NCBI RefSeq assembly: GCF_000354175.2
Contig: NC_022359.1
Span: forward strand, 240,001-272,000
DNA length: 32,000 bases
Reading direction: 5' to 3'
Source: Vibrio alginolyticus NBRC 15630 = ATCC 17749
GTDB lineage: Bacteria; Pseudomonadota; Gammaproteobacteria; Enterobacterales; Vibrionaceae
Shown here: positions 26,835-32,000 of the stretch, in pieces
Numbering within the stretch: the first letter of the stretch is position 1
Layout: each line of letters begins with the position of its first letter
Translations under genes and position numbers: made by a program
Notes under the pieces: generated by a model
Told to the model about the DNA's origin: nothing
Databases searched by the model: none
The model's input: the letters and a program-made list of their open reading frames with translations, nothing else

Positions 26835-28100
26835 ATGAACTCTACAAATAGCTTCTCGATCAATATCAATCAGCAAAAATCCATTGCTAAAAAAAGGCTC
26901 AAAGCTATCCGCCTATACGATGACGCTACGTTGGAGTTAGTTAAGCGATGTCACTCCAAACCAGAGTCATTGACTCCCAATACAATTCAATTGGCTGACG
27001 TTCAACATGCACTCGCAAGAGAACTGGGCTTATCCAGTTGGAGTAAACTAAAAGCTCATGTCGAAGAGCTAGAAGCGCACAAACGAGCCATCAAAGAACA
27101 AAAAACGCCCCTAGATGCGAAAGTAAAAACGCTACACGTTCGTTGTGGCCACGACATTCAACAACAACTTAAAGCCAGCGGATTTGAAGGGACATTTTTA
27201 GCCCTGATCGATCCGCTTTGTATTGGCCCCATACCAGCAACACCACAGAACTTCCTTGCCATTCGTGCCCAATATGTCGTAGAGACTCTGCTGCCTGTGA
27301 TGAAGCGTGAAGACTCGGTTCAAGATATAGTCACATTGGAACAATCAAACCTCGATCTGTTGCAAAGTGATGTATTTGAACGAATCGTCTTTTGGGTCGA
27401 ACATGACAGCTATGATCAATTGATGCTAATTCGTGCTCTAACACTGTTAGAGAATGTAGAGAACAAAGTGATAGAGATCATTGAGTTGAACCAGTTTCCG
27501 GGTACTGAGCGATTCATCGGCTTTGGGCAGTTGCCTGAAGAAGCTATTCGTTCTTGTTGGCGATATCGTAAACCCGTATCTGCTAAGTTATTGAGCCAAG
27601 CAAAGCAGTGTTGGAAAGCAGTGTCATGTTCCTCACCAAAAGCTATCGTCAGTTTGATAGAGCAACATCAACTGGATTGCTTACCCAATATACTCGACGT
27701 GCTTAAACGCCATTTGCAAGAGTTACCTAATTCACAAACTGGATTGAGCTTGACACAACACCTCGCACTAAAGGTTTTGAACTCGCAAAATCGTTCAATT
27801 CCCATCAAAGATTGGTTTGAGCAATATCAACAACTAGAACCTCTTCCTTACCTAGGAGACGTGATGTTTTACGCGTTACTCCTCCCTCTAGCACAGTGTC
27901 AAACACCTTTGATCACGATTGAGTCACGTGAAAGGCACTGGTGGGAACAAAGCGTCCGTATCACTGAGGCTGGCAAGCAGTGTTTGGAGGGTTTAATACG
28001 AGCGAAACAATGCTATTGGGTTGGAGGGATTAAAAATACCAGTCAAAGTTATTGGAGCTGGGATCACCTCCAACTAACTACACTTGCCAACCATCATTGA
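26835..28100 (+). CDS. DUF1835/DUF3658-like protein with an extra N-terminal helical segment; function unknown
   Basis: 'LHVRCGHDIQQQLKASGF' and 'VFWVEHDSYDQLMLIRAL' resemble the DUF1835 core as I recall it. The N-terminal ~90 aa carry 'LADVQHALARELGLSSWSKLKAHVE'. The RBS is AAAGGTGAAAT. Confidence 0.55.
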   Translation: MNSTNSFSININQQKSIAKKRLKAIRLYDDATLELVKRCHSKPESLTPNTIQLADVQHALARELGLSSWSKLKAHVEELEAHKRAIKEQKTPLDAKVKTLHVRCGHDIQQQLKASGFEGTFLALIDPLCIGPIPATPQNFLAIRAQYVVETLLPVMKREDSVQDIVTLEQSNLDLLQSDVFERIVFWVEHDSYDQLMLIRALTLLENVENKVIEIIELNQFPGTERFIGFGQLPEEAIRSCWRYRKPVSAKLLSQAKQCWKAVSCSSPKAIVSLIEQHQLDCLPNILDVLKRHLQELPNSQTGLSLTQHLALKVLNSQNRSIPIKDWFEQYQQLEPLPYLGDVMFYALLLPLAQCQTPLITIESRERHWWEQSVRITEAGKQCLEGLIRAKQCYWVGGIKNTSQSYWSWDHLQLTTLANHH

Positions 28101-28489
28101 GTTGACAAATATGAAAGCATAAAAGGTTCGTTGGCTCTGATGAACACTCAATACTAAAGTATCGCTAAAGAAGCGACCGCTAGTCTGAATACAACTTAAA
28201 TAGTTATGCAGAAATGCATCCACTCAAAGAGAGTATGCACTCTATCTCTTATTAAAATTTATTGTAAATCCTCTTTGTTATCGGTTGTATATTCGATAAA
28301 AGTGTTAAAATACAAACTTTTCACCCGACCAATTCGTTAATATTTGGTTAAAATCCCATTTTTAATAGTGATAAAGTTCACATCTATTAACCATTTAGAG
28401 GATTATTCTTTCGTATTTTCTCACTCCGCTGCTAATCTGCTCGCCGCTTTGAAGTGAACTCAAGGTGCATAACTATAAGGAGTGTTCTC

Positions 28490-29794
28490 ATGAATACCAA
28501 GAAACCGATGTCGCTTACCAGCCGCGTAATTTTAGGTATGGTTGCGGGTATCTTGACAGGATTTGCAATTCGCACACTTTTTGCCGACAACGGATTTGTC
28601 GACGCATACATTGTTAATGGATTATTCGAAGTTGGTGGACAGATCTTCGTTGCCAGCTTAAAAATGCTTGTTGTACCGCTAGTATTTGTTTCGTTAGTTT
28701 GTGGTACTAGCTCTCTCAAAGACCTCTCTACACTGGGTCGCATGGGCGGTAAAACCCTCGCTTTCTACGTTACGACAACGGCTATCGCGATTACGCTTGC
28801 TCTAACTATGGGTACTCTATTCCAGCCAGGGGCAGGGGCAGATCTAACGGCAGCAAGTTCATTCAAATCAGCCGAAGCGCCATCTTTAGGTCAGGTGATC
28901 ATCGATATGTTCCCGACCAACCCAATCAGCGCAATGGCAGAAGGTAAAACTCTGCAAGTTATCGTGTTCGCCGTGCTATTCGGTATCGCGATCAGTGCAG
29001 CGGGTAAACCAGGCGAACGCATCGCAGCATTCTTCTCTGATCTGAATGAAGTGATCATGAAACTGGTCGCGATTTTGATGAACTTGGCGCCTTATGGAGT
29101 GTTCTTCTTAATGGCGAAGCTATTTACTGGTCTTGGTCTGGGCGCGATCGTCAATCTGGCAGAGTACTTCTTAGTACTGGCTGGTACGCTTGTCCTACAC
29201 GGTCTAGTTACTTACAGCTTAATGTTAAAAGGTTTCACAGGTCTAAACCCAATTACATTCCTACGTAAGATGGAAGACGCGATCATGTTTGCTTTTTCTA
29301 CAGCATCATCGAACGCGACGATTCCAGTGACAATGGAAACAGCAAAGCACCGCATGGGTGTTGAGAACCGTGTATCATCGTTCACAGTACCACTTGGTGC
29401 AACCGTGAACATGGACGGTACGGCGATCATGCAGGGCGTAGCAACTGCGTTTATTGCTCAAGCTTTCAATATTGATTTAACTATGGGCGATTACCTAATG
29501 GTTATCATGACGGCAACTCTGGCGTCTATCGGTACCGCAGGTGTTCCTGGTGTGGGTCTTGTCATGCTTGCTATGGTATTGAACCAAGTTGGTCTGCCGC
29601 TTGAAGGTATCGCGCTCATCATGGGTGTTGACCGTCTTCTTGATATGATTCGTACCGCGGTAAATATCACTGGTGACAGTGCTGTAACCGTCATCGTTGC
29701 AAAATCAGAGGGTGCATTGGATGAGGCTCGCTTCAACGACCCAATGGCAGGCGTAGCCGAAGAAGAAGTGCATCTTAAACGCGCTGACGCCTAA
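28490..29794 (+). CDS. Dicarboxylate/amino acid:cation (Na+/H+) symporter, DAACS family
   Basis: Multi-TM protein with DAACS signatures 'FSTASSNATIPVT', 'VPLGATVNMDGTA' and 'DMIRTAVNITGD'. ATG at 28490 with TAAGGAG upstream. Confidence 0.88.
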   Translation: MNTKKPMSLTSRVILGMVAGILTGFAIRTLFADNGFVDAYIVNGLFEVGGQIFVASLKMLVVPLVFVSLVCGTSSLKDLSTLGRMGGKTLAFYVTTTAIAITLALTMGTLFQPGAGADLTAASSFKSAEAPSLGQVIIDMFPTNPISAMAEGKTLQVIVFAVLFGIAISAAGKPGERIAAFFSDLNEVIMKLVAILMNLAPYGVFFLMAKLFTGLGLGAIVNLAEYFLVLAGTLVLHGLVTYSLMLKGFTGLNPITFLRKMEDAIMFAFSTASSNATIPVTMETAKHRMGVENRVSSFTVPLGATVNMDGTAIMQGVATAFIAQAFNIDLTMGDYLMVIMTATLASIGTAGVPGVGLVMLAMVLNQVGLPLEGIALIMGVDRLLDMIRTAVNITGDSAVTVIVAKSEGALDEARFNDPMAGVAEEEVHLKRADA

Positions 29795-29841
29795 ATCGTT
29801 CTACGATTACCATTCTGAAATTATATAGTCCTGTCTAAAAG

Positions 29842-29875
29842 AAAGCCCCGATGGAAACATCGGGGCTTTTGTTTT
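29842..29875. terminator. Bidirectional rho-independent terminator
   Basis: aaagccccgatg-gaaa-catcggggcttttgtttt, between convergent genes. Confidence 0.85.
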
Positions 29876-29898
29876 CTCCGCGTCTAGAAATATTCTTT

Positions 29899-30273
29899 CT
29901 AATCCACCATCGAATTCAGTTTTTCTCTAGCTTGTGCTTCGTGTTCTTTAGTGATGGCATTACCGACTGAGTTCGCGGCTAAGGTAAGTGCCGCCATATC
30001 ATCGGTAAAACCGACGCCAGCTAGTACGTCTGGCACCATATCTGTTGGTAGGACGAAGTAAGCCAGCGCGCCACCTAAAATAGCCTTGTGGCGAACAGAG
30101 GTGTTGGAATCTGCCATCGCGAGCCATGATTTTATGCCCATTACGGCAATTTCTTCACCCGCTTTCTTAACCGACCCTTTCATTTTTCGCCAGAATGTTT
30201 TCTCATCTGGCGCTTGCATCGTTTGGTCTAAGACGTCATCGGACGCCGAATTTACAGACATGCTTGTGGTCAT
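29899..30273 (-). CDS. YkvA/DUF1232-family membrane protein
   Basis: 'LAYFVLPTDMVPDVLAGVGFTDD' matches the DUF1232 signature (Y-x-x-x-P-x-D-x-[IV]-P-D...G-x-x-DD). Confidence 0.7.
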   Translation of the reverse strand: MTTSMSVNSASDDVLDQTMQAPDEKTFWRKMKGSVKKAGEEIAVMGIKSWLAMADSNTSVRHKAILGGALAYFVLPTDMVPDVLAGVGFTDDMAALTLAANSVGNAITKEHEAQAREKLNSMVD

Positions 30274-30380
30274 CGTGCCTCCTAAATTTATGACTGTGGC
30301 AAAGATATTAAGACGATGAACCTGAACGTAGGATTAATAGCGAGTAATGATAATGAAGAAAGGAAACAAAATGGCTAGAT

Positions 30381-30410
30381 AAAAAATCCCCAAACCGAAG
30401 TCCGGGGATT
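30381..30410 (-). terminator. Rho-independent terminator (minus strand) with a UUCG-type loop
   Basis: The minus strand reads aatccccggac-ttcg-gtttggggatttttt, ending in U6. It lies downstream of the 16-bp repeat run that follows the peptidase gene. Confidence 0.7.
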
Positions 30411-30416
30411 ATTGCC

Positions 30417-30510
30417 TTGGAAACAAAAAGTTTTGGAAATCAAATGTCTTGGAAGCCAAATGGTTTTGAAACCAAAAACTTTGGGAACCAAGCTTTAGAA
30501 GCAGAATGCC
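30417..30510. repeat. Six degenerate tandem ~16-bp repeats (TTGGAAaCcAAAnnnn)
   Basis: Units start at 30417, 30433, 30449, 30466, 30481 and 30495: ttggaaacaaaaagtt / ttggaaatcaaatgtc / ttggaagccaaatggtt / ttgaaaccaaaaact / ttgggaaccaagct / ttagaagcagaatgcc. They sit between the peptidase stop (30511) and the terminator. Confidence 0.8.
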
Positions 30511-31635
30511 TTATTGAGCAATCTTCTCCAATACACGCATAAGCATTTTGATACGTGGTTCGATAGACTCAAGCAACAAGTACTCTTGGTCACTGTGGAA
30601 ACCTGCACCGATAGGTCCTAGACCATCCAAAGTTGGAACTCCAAGAATTGCCGTATTGTTTGCATCAGAGCCGCCACCCACTTCTTTCCAGTTGATGTCG
30701 ATAGCCAGTTCACTTGCTGCTTCTTCAACTAATGCCATCAAGCTTTCAGTTTGCGTGCTTGGCACCATAGAGGGTTTGTAAGCTTCACGAACCAACTCGA
30801 TGCTAACGCCATCAACGAATGGTGTTTCCAGCATGCCGTTTAGCTTGCTATCGACATCATCGTATTCTTCATTACTCCAGAAACGCACATCCACGATCGC
30901 TTCAGCGTGCTCAGGGACGATGTTTGCGCCGTTACCGCCAGACACAATACCCACGTTTAATGTGGTGCCAGATTCGAAGTTCGTCATGGCATTGATTGCG
31001 AGAATCCAGTTCGCCATCTCGGTAATTGCACTGCGGCCATTTTCTGGCTCGTTGCCAGCGTGGGCTGCAATGCCATTAAACGTGATTTTGTAACGCGCCA
31101 TGCCTTTGCGCGCTTTGACTAAACCTCCGTCTGCGCGTGCTGCTTCTGCCACCAATACGTTTTTCGCGTTTTTTGCAACAGATTGAATCCAGTCGACCGA
31201 ATCTAACGATCCGGTTTCTTCGTCTGGGTTCATGCAGATACAAATCGACAGTTTATCCAACACCGCTTGGTCGAGGTTACGCATCGCGTACACAATATTC
31301 AGCAAGCCAGATTTCATGTCCGAGACACCCGGACCGTACGCTTTGTCAGCGTCTTGAGACATAGGACGTAATCCAGCGGTGCCGACAGGGAACACTGTAT
31401 CCATGTGACCAATCAGCATCACGTCAACTTGCTCAGCCTCAGGCTTGTTTCGAACTTCAAGACCGATGCCCGCTCTGCCACAGTCGATGCGTTTTACGCT
31501 CCAACCTGACATCGCTTGGTACTTCTCTTCAAATTGAGAAGCGATAAACTCAATGCCATCAGTGGTGTACGTGCCACAATCGACATTGATGAGAGGACGA
31601 AGTTCTTCGAGATATTCATTGAGAGAAAACTGCAT
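30511..31635 (-). CDS. M20-family metallopeptidase (carboxypeptidase G2 / ArgE / DapE-like)
   Basis: Metal-ligand motifs 'LIGHMDTV', 'GPGVSDMKSG' and 'PDEETGS' are present, together with a dimerisation-domain insert. Confidence 0.85.
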   Translation of the reverse strand: MQFSLNEYLEELRPLINVDCGTYTTDGIEFIASQFEEKYQAMSGWSVKRIDCGRAGIGLEVRNKPEAEQVDVMLIGHMDTVFPVGTAGLRPMSQDADKAYGPGVSDMKSGLLNIVYAMRNLDQAVLDKLSICICMNPDEETGSLDSVDWIQSVAKNAKNVLVAEAARADGGLVKARKGMARYKITFNGIAAHAGNEPENGRSAITEMANWILAINAMTNFESGTTLNVGIVSGGNGANIVPEHAEAIVDVRFWSNEEYDDVDSKLNGMLETPFVDGVSIELVREAYKPSMVPSTQTESLMALVEEAASELAIDINWKEVGGGSDANNTAILGVPTLDGLGPIGAGFHSDQEYLLLESIEPRIKMLMRVLEKIAQ

Positions 31636-31644
31636 GATTGCCCC

Positions 31645-32000
31645 CTAAACAAACAAGTTCATGACTAGCATTGCGCCAAATGCGTTCAATACGGAAATCG
31701 CAATCATAATTGGGATGTAACGACCTTCAGTACCGATAGGTCCCATAATTCGACCCATGTACTGAACCTGTGAGCCCATTAGGTAAATTGCAGGTGCAAG
31801 AATCGCGATGTGCGTACCGTTCAAGATGCCTTGGTCAAACAATGTGATAACCACGCCAACTGCCCCGCCCATCGACATCCAAGCACCAATCAGCACCGCA
31901 GCCGCTTCACCTGGCAAACCAAAAACCGCCATTACTGGAGAAAATACCGAGCCCATCAAATCCAACGCGCCAGTAATCTGCAACGCCTTAATGATGACAA
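31645..32000 (-). CDS. yjiG: YjiG-family (nucleoside-recognition/Gate domain, SpmB-like) inner-membrane protein, 5' end outside the window
   Basis: Collinear with E. coli YjiG as recalled ('PVMAVFGLPGEAAAVLIGAWMSMGGAVGV', 'LAPAIYLMG'). The reading frame stays open upstream of the TTG at 31983 to the window edge. Only a 9-nt gap separates it from the peptidase gene. Confidence 0.8.
   Translation of the reverse strand, partial: VIIKALQITGALDLMGSVFSPVMAVFGLPGEAAAVLIGAWMSMGGAVGVVITLFDQGILNGTHIAILAPAIYLMGSQVQYMGRIMGPIGTEGRYIPIMIAISVLNAFGAMLVMNLFV

Noticed and set aside
30417-30510. TTGGAA repeat run considered as a bona fide CsrB/CsrC-family sRNA
   Set aside because: There are only about 5 GGA motifs, with UUGGAAA context rather than A(N)GGA in hairpin loops. 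No plus-strand promoter and terminator pair is evident. It is retained only as an open finding, not as an annotated ncRNA.
1-32000. Search for mobile elements, prophage remnants, toxin-antitoxin pairs or defence islands
   Set aside because: No transposase, integrase, recombinase, phage structural, restriction-modification, or small paired toxin/antitoxin-like ORFs were seen. Gene content and frequent clean terminators look like stable core or accessory-metabolic chromosome.

Overview
This 32-kb window reads as ordinary Vibrio chromosomal DNA. It is probably from the Harveyi clade (V. parahaemolyticus / alginolyticus / harveyi group) and resembles chromosome II. That guess rests only on protein content and synteny: GbpA preceded by a c-di-GMP-I riboswitch, an NfsA/Frp-type flavin reductase, and a stand-alone wza-wzb-wzc module. 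I could not run any search.

I support 29 protein-coding genes, with the last one truncated by the window end. They include a hotdog thioesterase, two LysR regulators, three small redox proteins or nitroreductases (ABM, NfsB-like, NfsA/Frp-like) and a YdhR-like protein. There is also an AraC-family regulator with a C-terminal CBM21-like module next to a GH13 amylase lipoprotein, a PBP5/6-type DD-carboxypeptidase, an S33 aminopeptidase-like hydrolase and TrhO/YceA. The rest are a photolyase/cryptochrome-family flavoprotein, a fasciclin protein, GbpA, a patatin-like lipase, a MarC-family protein, an unknown lipoprotein, Wza/Wzb/Wzc, a DUF1835-like protein, a DAACS transporter, a DUF1232 protein, an M20 peptidase and YjiG.

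I found no rRNA, tRNA, CRISPR array, transposase, integrase, or recognisable phage or defence gene. I therefore cannot point to a convincing new multi-gene system.

The items most worth a second look are:
- the AraC-CBM21 fusion beside the amylase
- a non-coding 3.3-copy tandem array of a ~268-bp composite unit between two convergent genes
- a run of six ~16-bp TTGGAA-type repeats in the 3' region of the peptidase operon
- the orphan wza-wzb-wzc module, with its internal 13-bp hairpin, upstream palindrome and divergent unknown lipoprotein
- the GEMM-I riboswitch in the gbpA leader, which is a known class but a clear call

All functional calls come from motif and family recognition by eye and should be confirmed by HMM/BLAST searches.
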